A stretch of DNA of 64,000 nucleotides from the NCBI GenBank assembly GCA_951804945.1, contig OX638152.1, positions 68,448,001 to 68,512,000 of the forward strand. The letters are read 5' to 3'. Source of the stretch: Podarcis cretensis (Eukaryota). A program made the position numbers and the translations under genes. The notes beneath the pieces are model-generated. The model made no database searches and was not told the DNA's origin. It saw nothing but the letters and a program-made list of their open reading frames with translations. Every line of letters starts with the position of its first letter. Position 1 is the stretch's first letter. This document shows, piece by piece, positions 53,121-64,000 of this stretch.

Positions 53121-56100
53121 GTTACTATAACTGTATTAGAACCTAAATAGCCTGCTGTATATCTGACATTTCTGAACCTATAAAGGCTCATCTATATTAA
53201 AAAACAAACAAACCACTTAAAGTTTACCTTGTATGAAAACCAATTTCAGGAGCCTAACAGATGTCTTTATTATAGGTGATCACTCTAGCTGTAAAACATT
53301 TGTATATATCAAAATTAATTTTAAAAATTAAATATTTAAAGCAGAACCTCTGCTATCTTGGCAAAAGGTTAAATGAAGAACCTAGGCTTTTTTAATAACT
53401 AAAGCAAGCCAGACCTCAGGTTTTTTTGATCAGTGTGAAAGCATTCAGTTCAGGGCTATGTCAGTATTCAGACTAACCAGATACCAGAATGGTATATTGA
53501 AATGAAAAAGGTGTGGATAGCAGAACAGAAACACAACTACCCCTAAACACATAGTTACAAGTGAATCGTCTCAGTTCAACTTGCTACCATTTTATTGGAA
53601 TAATTGAGCACATAGGTGGGCAGAAACACACTATTTGCTTACAAGTGACTTCATTATCACGTGCACATGTGAATGAAGCAACAGGATGCAAAAAGGATGA
53701 GGTGTTTTGCCTGTAAAACTTATTTGTTGCTCCTCAAGTTTTTACTCAAAGTATTAACACCAAGCAACTTAACTGAAACTAAAAGGTCAGAACTAAATCC
53801 CACTACTTTGTTTTCTATAACACCCATTATGTTGGGAACAATCCAATCAAGTTAAGCACTATCCAGTCCTAATTCTATGTAGATTGAATAGCCTGTATTC
53901 TTAATCCTCTAACTTTGACATCAGTGATGTGTACTGTATATGAACGACCATATAGCCTTAGCCTGGAAAAGAGTAAGGAAGAAAGCCAAAAACATCTATA
54001 GGTAGTCTGGCTCTCACTAAAGCTTCACATTAAATAACTCATTTATATGTTTTACTTAAGAGTTTGCTTAAGCCTATTGAAGTTTCATTGTGCTACATTC
54101 CTACTGAGTGGTTACATTTCACGATAAACATACTGAAGTGATAGGATAACATATGTGATGTTTGATTCATTTGCAGAGATTCTGAATTAACATTCCAAAT
54201 AAAATGTAAATTTATAATATTATATGTGTTGATGCTCTCTGAATGGGTCATTAAGTCTTTCAGTTCATTAAACTATTCTGATATTAACTGCTGCCCTGGG
54301 TATGTTGTAATTTAACAGGAGGAAGTATTCAGCAGTACACACAGTATGCTGTGTCTTTAACCATTTAGATATCTTTTCTTTAGTCTATGTAGAAAAAGCC
54401 TTGGATAACTAGCACAAGTCATAATACTTCAGAGCTCTCTGAATTACAGTAACACAAGTCACAAAACCATTTGGCCCAAGGATTCTGTGACATTGTGTTG
54501 TTCAAGAACACACACTGTGGCTAGCACCCAAAACTCTGCAGGCAGTGTTCTGCTCATGCAACAGAACTTCTGCTTCCTCTCCCCACTACCCACCAATCTG
54601 CTGGATCAATTCTGGAAAATGTATGAGGAGCTTCAGGAGAGGAGAAAGTTGCTGTTTTACAAGCAAGTGTCTGTTGTGCAAGCAAAATGGCAGCACTGGG
54701 TACAGCACATTATAAATGGGCACAAGACTGAGGGTTGTATTCAACAAAGTTTTACGCTTGAGTGGACCCACTGAAATTAATGAACATAAGATAGGTCCAT
54801 TGATTTCAATAGGTCTGTGTTGAGTAAAACTTAGCTGAATACCACTCCAAGTTAACACATACTTGTAGGGTCACTATTTTCTGGGAAACATCTTATTTGA
54901 GGAACATTAGCAATGGTTTTTTCAAAAGTGTGTGTGTGCGCACACGCGCACACACACATTTCTATCATTACTTATGCTCTCGAGTTTAAACACTAAAATA
55001 AGTCTGAACAGTATTGAAGCCCTGTAGGTCATATTTACTGATAAAAGAGATGGTTTCCTTTTCCACCCAGCCATATACCAACACACTCTAGTTTTCACCC
55101 CCTCTGCTGATTTCTGCCTAGTGTCCACAAACCTGTAGTTTGACAATATATTCACTGGAATAAGTACATGAGCTCCTTGTCAACCTGCAGCTCAAAGGTC
55201 TGTAGGATCCTTCCTGCACTGATGTTAGGCAGATGGGTGGGTGATAGGAAACCTTCTGAGGAAGTGTCACCCTCCCACAAGTTATGCTGTGTTTCTCTTT
55301 TCACTGATAACATTAGCATATTGGCCATCAGAGATGTTTATCACCTTAAAAAGCATTCATTTTCAAAAACTTCACAAAGCTAATGGCAATAAGGCATCTT
55401 GCATAGTGAGTACCCCCGGCAAAAAGTATAGCGCTTCCACACACTAGTGGTAAAGCAAAATAACTTCTCTACTCAACCATCCAGCCACATACTTGTCTAG
55501 CATGTGTGAGAGTAGTTCAGATCATATGCCCTTTTCTATGCTGCCGATTAAGCATGGCCTAAATCTCCAGCCACAGCTCTATTTTCAGTTGATCAAAGTA
55601 CAGAAAGCCCCATAGATAAAGATCAAATAATTTGTATGAAGTCACGAGCAAGCAGTTGAAGGCAACTGCTCTTTTAATGCTTGTGAGAAGATTTGCCTAA
55701 GGCATGAGGAACGAGTGAAAAGTTTTCATCCTAAGTCCAAGCTGCCCTTTCTCGCACTTATTGAGCTGCATTGTGCTGCAACAACTGCCTGAGAATGGAT
55801 GTTATCCATCCAAAAAGCAATCTAACAAAAGGGAGTGCCTGGAGTGGGGAATCTGGCTCTCCATACGTTTGAGTTCTCCCATCAGCCCCAGTGTGGGCAG
55901 GGCTGATGGGAGTTGTAGTCCAACAACCTCTGGAGAGCACAGGTTCAGCTTCTCTCGTATCAAACATTGTGGTATTCAAACATACTTCAGCTGCTTAAGA
56001 TAATGCCATGGAAAACTGCTCAGTGAGAAAGGCAGAGGCAGTGAACCTTTCAACCATCTCTCATACTTAAGCAACTTGCAGCAGAATCCTGTGTTTACTC

Positions 56101-57006
56101 AAAAGTTAGTCACATTGCTTCCAATACAGATTACTCTCAAGATAAGTGTGCACAGGACTGCAGCTCTAACTTTTAAAAATGTTGCTACAAAAAATTATTG
56201 AATGCTTTCTCACTCAAAACCTTAAATCCTGCAATCCAAGTAACTGCCCACTGAGGCCAGAATAAACAACTATTTAAGATTGACAATACAAAATTAAGAT
56301 TAAAACCATGCCAAAGGGAAATTTTAGTATCAATGAGGAGCTACATTAAGCCCCTTCTTTTGAAAACTCTTGATATGTTCTCCAACCTTATAGAAGTCAA
56401 TTACAGATGAAAGGGGCAGGAAGACACAACCAGGCAGGCTCCATGTATGCAGGTTTATTTCCTAACATAAAATCTACAGGCAATTCAGTGACACTAGGCA
56501 AATAGCAAAAGCCCTTAAAATACTTATATTAGCTTTGATTTTTTTTTTTAAAGAAAAATCACTTTAAAGATGAGAACTAGAACAAGACCCTATCAACTAC
56601 CATTACTGCTTTATGAAAAAAGGGTTTTAGTGAAGCAAAACATGGGCTGGTGATCTCATAAAAATATATATGTACATATAAAAAAATCTATTCTGCATCT
56701 GAATTTCAGAACAAGTCCTCCCAAGTAGTGCTTCTAGAACTTTCAAGTTTTAGTATATAATTTATTAATTTTCAAATGACACATTTAAATTAAATCAACT
56801 CTTCAGCTGGTACCTTCCCAGATGTCAGACTCCACTAACATAGTAACAGGCTACTTATTGAAAAGAAGCTTTCCTCTGCCGACACATAAAGCAGTAGAAT
56901 GTTACAGTTTTAATATATTAGAGTGGCACCCACTGAATCATATTTGATCTATTATTACTTCAAGTTAAGTTAGAACTATATATGGCTGGAAAATAAAACA
57001 AAATAG

Positions 57007-57612
57007 TCAACAGCATGATGAGCTAGGCTTGGGCTTCCGGTGAAGGTTTACTGTATCAGTTTGAATCAAGTGATCTGACCTATCATCAGTGGCAAGAACT
57101 CTTCGAACAGCTTCCTCAAAGGCTGCAGCAACATTAATGGCATCTTTTGCACTGGTTTCAAAGTAAGGATGGTTGCCGTTGTTCCTGCACCAGTTCTGGA
57201 CTTCTTCTGTAGACACTTGCCTCTCGCTAATATCAACTTTGTTTCCCAGTATCACAAAAGGAAACGTTTCAGGCTCTTTGACATCTGCATAGTAAATGAA
57301 TTCTTTCTTCCAATTGCCCAGATTCTGGAAGCTCTGAGAGTCATCTACGCTGAAAGTGAGAAGGCAGCAGTCAGAACCTCTATAGAAAGGAGTCCGCAAG
57401 CTCCTAAAACGTTCTTGACCAGCCGTGTCCCATATCTGCATTGTGACAAAGTGTCCATCCACTTCCAGGTCTTTATTTAAAAACTCGACACCTATTGTGT
57501 GGAACAGCTCTGTGTCAAACTTGTTAGTGACATATCTGTTCATAATCGAACTCTTGCCCACTCCTCCATCACCAAGAAGGATTACTTTAAGGAGCGTTGA
57601 TTTTGCTGACAT
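57007..57612 (-). CDS. RAB9A: Ras-related protein Rab-9A (single coding exon, 201 aa)
   Basis: GDGGVGKS, WDTAGQE, NKVD, ETSAK motifs; C-terminal SSSCC prenylation site; acceptor ttgcag| at 57650/57649; synteny with TRAPPC2. Confidence 0.97.
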   Translation of the reverse strand: MSAKSTLLKVILLGDGGVGKSSIMNRYVTNKFDTELFHTIGVEFLNKDLEVDGHFVTMQIWDTAGQERFRSLRTPFYRGSDCCLLTFSVDDSQSFQNLGNWKKEFIYYADVKEPETFPFVILGNKVDISERQVSTEEVQNWCRNNGNHPYFETSAKDAINVAAAFEEAVRRVLATDDRSDHLIQTDTVNLHRKPKPSSSCC

Positions 57613-57953
57613 TGTTGCTTCAAGAACAGATACTTTCTTATATCCAGTTCTGCAAAATAGAACAGATCTAGTTCGTACAAAGAAATTCCAACTTGTTACA
57701 CAAATATCTATATGATATGGGATTTACTTATTTCTTATAACTGGCCCTTCCTCACAAAAGAGGCGAGGCTAGCAATATTCATAAATTCATCCATTAAAAT
57801 CAGTTCAAAAATAACAGATAGATTAAAATGCAATATAACTGTAAGCAACAACATAGACAGATAAAGCTATTCTACTATATGCTAAAGGCCTGCTGTAAAT
57901 GGTAGCGATTAAATCAAGGGCACTTTAGTTGCTTTCTAAAGTTTAGTCACAAA

Positions 57954-58188
57954 TGGTAAAGGTAAAGGGACCCCTGACCATTAGGTCCAGTTGTGGCTGA
58001 TTCTGGGGTTGTGGCGCTCATCTCGCTTTATTGGCCGAGGGAGCAGGCGTACAGCTTCCGGGTCATGTGGCCAGCATGACTCGGCTGCTTCTGGCAAACC
58101 AGAGCAGCACACGGAAACGCCGTTTACCTTCCCGCCGGAGCGGTACCTATTTATCTACTTGCACTTTGACGTGCTTTCAAACTGCTAG
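57954..58188 (-). mobile_element. Sauria SINE 3' part (more divergent variant), interrupted by L2
   Basis: GGTAAAGGTAAAGGG tail and body to ...AAACTGCTAG; continuation GTTGGCAGGAG at 59873-59883. Confidence 0.88.
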
Positions 58189-59869
58189 ATAATAATAATA
58201 ATAATAATAATTTATTATTTATACCCTGCCCATCTGGCTGGGCCTCCCCAGCCACTCTGGGCGGCTTCCAAAAGAATATTAAAATACTATGATACATCAA
58301 ACATTAAAAGCATCCCTAAACAGGGCTGCCTTCAGATGTCTTCTAAAAGTCTGGTAGTTGTTGTTCTCTTTGACATCTGGTGGGAGGGCATTCCACAGGG
58401 AGGGCGCCACTACCGAGAAGGCCCTCTGCCTGGTTCCCTGTAACTTGGCTTCTCGCAGTGAGGGAACCGCCAGAAGGCCCTCGGTGCTGGACCTCAGTGT
58501 CCGGGCAGAATGATGGGGGTGGAGACGCTCCTTCAGGTATACTGGACCGAGGCCGTTTAGGGCTTTAAAGGTCAACACCAACACTTTGAATTGTGCTCGG
58601 AAACGTACTGGGAGCCAATGTAGGTCTTTCAAGACCGGCGTTATATGGTCTCGGCGGCCGCTCCCTGTCACCAGTCTGGCTGCTGCGTTCTGGATTAGTT
58701 GTAGTTTCCGGGTCACCTTCAAAGGTAGCCCCACGTAGAGTGCATTGCAGTAGTCCAAGCGGGAGATAACCAGAGCATGCACCACTCTGGCGAGGCAGTC
58801 CACAGGCAGATAGGGTCTCAGCCTGTGTACCAGATGGAGCTGGTACACAGCTGCCCTGGACACGGATTTAACCTGTGCCTCCATGGACAGCTGTGAGTCC
58901 AAAATGACTCCCAGGCTGCGCACCTGGTCCTTCAGGGGCACAGTTACCACATTCAGGACCAGGGAATCCTCCACACCTGCCCGCCTCCGGTCCCCCAGAA
59001 ACAGTACTTCTGTCTTGTCAGGATTCAATCTCAATCTGTTAGCCGCCATCCATCCTCCAACCGCCTCCAGACACTCACACAGGACCGTCACCGCCTTCAC
59101 TGGTTCTGATTTGAAAGAGAGGTAGAGCTGGGTATCATCCGCATACTGATGAACACCCAGCCCAAACCCCCTGATGATCTCTCCCAGCGGCTGCATGTAG
59201 ATGTTGAAAAGCATGGGGGAGAGGACAGAACCCTGAGGCACCCCACAAGTGAGAGCCCAGGGGTCTGAACACTCATCCCCCCCCACCACTTTCTGAACAC
59301 GGCCCAGGAGGAAGGAGCGGAACCACTGTATGACAGTGCCCCCAGCTCCCAGCCCCTCAAGACGGTCCAGAAGGATGTTATGGTCGATGGTATCAAACGC
59401 CGCTGAGAGATCCAGCAGAACTAGGAAACAGCTCTCACCTTTGTCCCTAGCCCGCCGGAGATCATCAACCAGTGCGACCAAGGCAGTTTCAGTCCCATGA
59501 TGAGGCCTGAATCCCGACTGGAAGGGATCCAAATGGTCCGCTTCTTCCAGGCGTGCCTGGAGTTGTTCAGCAACCACTCGCTCAATCACCTTGCCCAAGA
59601 ATGGAAGATTTGAGACTGGGCGATAGTTGGCCATCGTGGCCGCATCTAAAGATGGCTTTTTAAGAAGTGGTTTGATAACCGCCTCTTTCAGCAGGTCTGG
59701 GAAGGCTCCCTCACGGAGGGAAGCATTCACCACCCCACGAAGCCCATCGCCCAGTCCTTCCCGGCTAGCTTTTATAAGCCAGGATGGGCAAGGATCAAGG
59801 AGACAGGTGGTTGGTTTCACTCGTCCAAGCAGCCTGTCCACATCCTCGGAGGTAACAGATTGGAATTGA
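58189..59869 (-). mobile_element. L2-clade LINE, 5'-truncated and young, in a RAB9A intron
   Basis: Uninterrupted ORF2 RT/C-terminal frame, short 3'UTR with hairpin, (TTA)n tail at 58189-58210. Confidence 0.92.
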
Positions 59870-59913
59870 TAGGTTGGCAGGAGTAGATTGATTTTAATTA
59901 TACCTAAAATCAT
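58297..59913 (-). CDS. LINE L2 ORF2 fragment: reverse transcriptase and C-terminal region (no endonuclease); first ~15 aa come from flanking DNA
   Basis: FQSGFR..TETAL, LLDLSAAFDTIDH, GVPQGSVLSP, YADDTQLY, LNPDKTE, SRLDYCN, LHWLPV. Confidence 0.75.
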   Translation of the reverse strand: MILGIIKINLLLPTYQFQSVTSEDVDRLLGRVKPTTCLLDPCPSWLIKASREGLGDGLRGVVNASLREGAFPDLLKEAVIKPLLKKPSLDAATMANYRPVSNLPFLGKVIERVVAEQLQARLEEADHLDPFQSGFRPHHGTETALVALVDDLRRARDKGESCFLVLLDLSAAFDTIDHNILLDRLEGLGAGGTVIQWFRSFLLGRVQKVVGGDECSDPWALTCGVPQGSVLSPMLFNIYMQPLGEIIRGFGLGVHQYADDTQLYLSFKSEPVKAVTVLCECLEAVGGWMAANRLRLNPDKTEVLFLGDRRRAGVEDSLVLNVVTVPLKDQVRSLGVILDSQLSMEAQVKSVSRAAVYQLHLVHRLRPYLPVDCLARVVHALVISRLDYCNALYVGLPLKVTRKLQLIQNAAARLVTGSGRRDHITPVLKDLHWLPVRFRAQFKVLVLTFKALNGLGPVYLKERLHPHHSARTLRSSTEGLLAVPSLREAKLQGTRQRAFSVVAPSLWNALPPDVKENNNYQTFRRHLKAALFRDAFNV

Positions 59914-62900
59914 TCTGTGAATGAGAAATTATCATGCTGTACAAACTGACTGCATGCTAACAGCCAGGCTGCCAGTATAAGATCAGGCTTGCTCTCTTCT
60001 CCATCCACCCAGAGATCGTACAACTACCACGACCACTGTTAAACTAACTCCATCCTGCTTTTAAACTGACCTCATCCTCATGAAGCATCTCAGAAAACAG
60101 TGGTAATATGAACAGTTCCTAACATCTGTCTAAAGGGAAATTTCTGGGATTTACCAGTATTCTGCAAAGCAACCACCTCTGCCATATTTCCTGGTACACC
60201 CTCCTCCCCTCGATCTTTCCTCTACTTGAAATTTTAGAAATGCCAAAGACATCTAATATTACAAGCATATGAAACACTTACCAAATAAGCTACCCTTACT
60301 GTTCAGTCATTGTAATCCAACACCTGTAAAAGAAAGACACATTGTATTCACTTTTAGACACAGTAATGCCATGCACTTTAAAAAACCCCAACAACTACTA
60401 AGGCCGTACACCAGCAAAGGTGCCTTTAAATGTAGTGTGCCACTCTTACCAGTGGAGAGGCCTGCAGACAGGAAAACACTTACATCTCAGGAGGATTACC
60501 TAGTACACCCACAGAAAGCTCAGCAGGTACAGGTATAACATTGGAGGTGTAAAAGCTTGAAAGTGGGCAGATCATAAAAGCCCCTGGATCTGCAGGGATC
60601 CAAAAAGCCTTCATTCCATCAACATGCCCTATATATCCCCTTCCATTTGTGTTTTTAGGAGGAAAACTTTTTTTAAAAAGTCAAAATTAGAAAAGAACAA
60701 GAAAAGCCAAACTCCCAAACCCCCTGGCCAGAGCAAGCCAGCAGGGCTTAGGAAGTGGCAGTAGCTCGGTCACAGAATATACCCCCCTTAAGATTACTTG
60801 GCAAATAATAAGTTATTGTGTAATCATGGTAATCTTAACCCCCCCCCCTTTTTGAGGAAGTGAAACGTTCACGTGCTGCTTTTAGAATAACTAGATGGAA
60901 AAGAGGAAGCAGAAAACCAAGGTATGCTTTCACTGTATGCTAGTAAGTTGAGGTTTGAGGGAAGCAGAGCAGAACAGAACAGAAAGAGGTAAAGGTGCAT
61001 TTTCTATAAAAAAAATTAATGTCGGCGCATTATTTTAAGAATTGACTTTGGCAATATAAGTAATGCCAACTACACAGGCAAAACTGAACAGCTTTGGGAG
61101 TCCAGTCACGGATACTGAGCTCTTGTGCTGGGCAAGGCAGATATGAAAAAGACTGGACATACAGGACAGAATCACAAACTGAAGCAGTGTCTTCTTAGTA
61201 TAAACCAAAAAGGTTCGAGCAAGTCTCTACAACAGGTGGGGAAACTTTAGCCCTCCAGAAGTTGCTCAACTACAGATCCCATCATTGCTACCACTGACCA
61301 TGGTTTTGGGGACTGATACAACTGGAAGACTATTGGAGCCCCACTCCTGCTCTACAATTTCACTTAAAGCACATGCCACACTGCAAATATGTGAATTTTA
61401 GCATAAGCATCAACAGATTTACATATATTAGACTGTCCCCTCCAAAGTCCAGATCATATCGTATTTTGATTTGTAATGTTACTTTAATGCCATAATTTGA
61501 ACTACCTGCATTTCATATATATTTAGCCATTTAATGTTTTGTAAACCACCCTGCTGTTTTTACCTTTAAGGGTAGAATTTTTTTTAATATTGCACTCTAC
61601 CTTTCTGAAGAAACTAATGGTTTTCATGTTATTCCAAGCATTTTATTCTTTATAGTCTAGTTCTTATGCCTTTTTAATGTAAGTGATTATATACCTGGAA
61701 ATAAAAACACAAATCTATACATGTCTACCCAAAAGAAAGCTGTACCAAATCACAGCACTGCAGCCTCAGTTTAATTAAAATTGTAGTACTTCTTGAGTAA
61801 TCATTGACAGGATTAGGCTGTATGACTGTTTATGTTTCAGGTCTATAGCCTTATTGCTTCTCTTATCAAACTTTGTTCAAGTAACCAGATGAAGAAGTAG
61901 TAGAAAGGCACTTTGCAGGGGTGTGAAAGGTAATTCAGTGTTGGGGGAATTTAACCCACTATATTATTTTTCCCCAGGTAAAAAAAATAAAAATTAACTA
62001 CTTACAAATCACTTCAAGGGTGCTTTGTAATTTCGGCTTATAACAATATATTCTGTAGCACCAAATTATTTGTTAAATGAGATTTACTTTAAAGGCAGTC
62101 AAAGTACTTCAGATGTTCTGTAAAGTATGTAAACAAGTATGTTTGACTACTGAAAGCTAGGGGTTAGGATTACTTTGAAATTCAGAATACCAGCTATCAG
62201 GTGTGCTGGACTCTTTTTAAAGTGAGATCTGGGGGTTTGGTCCAATTATTTATGAATGTCTGATTTAATACCAAATAAAGCTAGAAACACGCATGAGTGT
62301 ATAGGAATATTTAAAACAGCGATATCTGTTGCGTTTCTAAGTTCCCACTGAAGTTAAAGAGGAATTTAAGTCATACATGTGCAGGATTATAGCTTATGTG
62401 TTTTTCTTGATAGGCAAATCTGATAGCACTAATTGAAACCGTCCAGTCATGCTTCAAGAAGAAAGCTGGATTTACAGACTCCCATGGTGCAAGCCTGGTC
62501 TCTCATAGATAAGAAAATCCTATCAGCAGCATGTAACTTTACCTCATCAGATCACAAGGCCCCATTCACCATCACCATCCCCCTCTTGTCTGGATCAAGC
62601 TATTCCAGAGGAACTTAAAAACTGAACAGCTGTGTATTCAAGAAGCACTAGTTAGAGGGACTAGAAAGTTAAGGCCCAATATACTAGCTGTACAATATCA
62701 CAAACTCCATGGCCAGCTATAAACACACACTACTATAAACACACACTAGACGTGGAGAGCAAATGGCACACATTACAGGAATTTAAAGCTATTTAATCAC
62801 TGACTTGGAAAATAGAACCATAAAAATCTAAAACCAGAAGGTTTTTGTCCTTCTGGTGAAATTAAGCAAAACCTGATGCAGCCCTTTACACATCAGAACC

Positions 62901-64000
62901 TGTTCCTCAAAGCTTCCCCAAAGGCTTAAGCATTTTTTTCAAATCTATTTTATCTATAATAGCTTTTGAGCCTACTATTAGATTCCTTTTCCCTCCTCAT
63001 GACTGAATTACACGAGTCAGAGCTTCCAATAAAAATATTGGTGAAATTACAGTGGCTGGCACAGAGCTGCTCACACTGTGGTGTTGCAGCTCCAGCCCAG
63101 TGGAATCAGTAACCAGCTGAAATTTGAAAGTGGCCTAACATCTTGATATTTAGGGGGGGGGGGGACTGAAGATATTTTAGTTTAAGTTTTCCCACAGATG
63201 ACTCAGCCATTTAATGGAATATTAATTTTACAATTGTAGAATTAGGTTTAGCCTTTTTGGAGTCTCTCTCTTGTATTTTAACTCACTTTATCTTATTGTA
63301 CACCACTTCAATAGCTTCTGGTTGTAAGGCAATTTCTAAATATGTAAGATACAATTTAAAAATATGTACAGCGGGAAAAGATGATATGGCAACCCTGCTG
63401 AAACGAGGCAGGTCTGGGTCTGGTCAGTGCCTAGATACTCCATGGTATGACACCATAAGTTCCATGATGAAATGAAGGTAGGATAAAAATGTACTAAACA
63501 AATACCTACTAATTCTATCCACAAATGAATACTGCAGACACACATAAATATTCTTTAAGCAGCAGGAACTAAGTGTCATGTGTTCAAGAAAACAAGCACC
63601 TGCAATTTCCCTACTCCTGGTTGTATGACACAACTTTAGCAATAGGTTTGTCGGACTCCTGACACCCCACCTCCCCCCTGCATTAGTGATTTGTGCAATT
63701 TAAAAGTGGGATCTTCCCCCACCCCCGCAGCTTGATCTTTTCAGAGATTTTTTTAGAAGCTGACATAAAATATTTTCCCTCCAATTTTAGATTTAAGTTG
63801 CAGACAGGCAAGGTTAGCTTAAGTATAAGGAAGTACTTTTAAACTGTAGGTAAGTGAGGTAATGTACTAGGCGGCCTAGGAAAACAGTAGAATATCCTTC
63901 ACTGGAAGTTTTGGCATAATGTAGTTTATCTACAAAGCTTCTTCACCCTAGGACAACTATGAATCTGACACAAGGAAACCAGAGCTGTTCAGTTACAGGC

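Overview
Vertebrate genomic DNA from a squamate reptile, most likely a lacertid lizard, judged from several young Sauria SINEs with (ACCTTT)n tails. The window holds the conserved block GPM6B(+) >< OFD1(-) <> TRAPPC2(+) >< RAB9A(-), the same order as on human Xp22. I reconstructed by hand: (1) five internal GPM6B exons plus two alternative terminal coding exons (the 5' exons lie upstream of the window); (2) a complete 22-coding-exon OFD1 ORF (3081 nt, 1026 aa, all phases consistent); (3) a complete TRAPPC2/sedlin ORF (140 aa) with a minor-spliceosome AT-AC intron; (4) the single coding exon of RAB9A (201 aa). OFD1 and TRAPPC2 share a bidirectional CpG-island promoter containing an RFX X-box. 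Mobile DNA includes four Sauria SINEs, a young 5'-truncated L2-clade LINE with an intact RT frame inserted inside a SINE, an old decayed L2, and several Tc1/mariner-pogo and hAT MITEs. There is a 181-N assembly gap. I found no evidence of a wholly new gene system. The best leads are inverted SINEs bracketing the OFD1 start-codon exon, a duplicated splice acceptor ahead of the TRAPPC2 start codon, a flank-ATG-fused L2 RT ORF in the RAB9A intron, and an intra-exonic duplication in OFD1. Exon numbers follow human orthologues recalled from memory.
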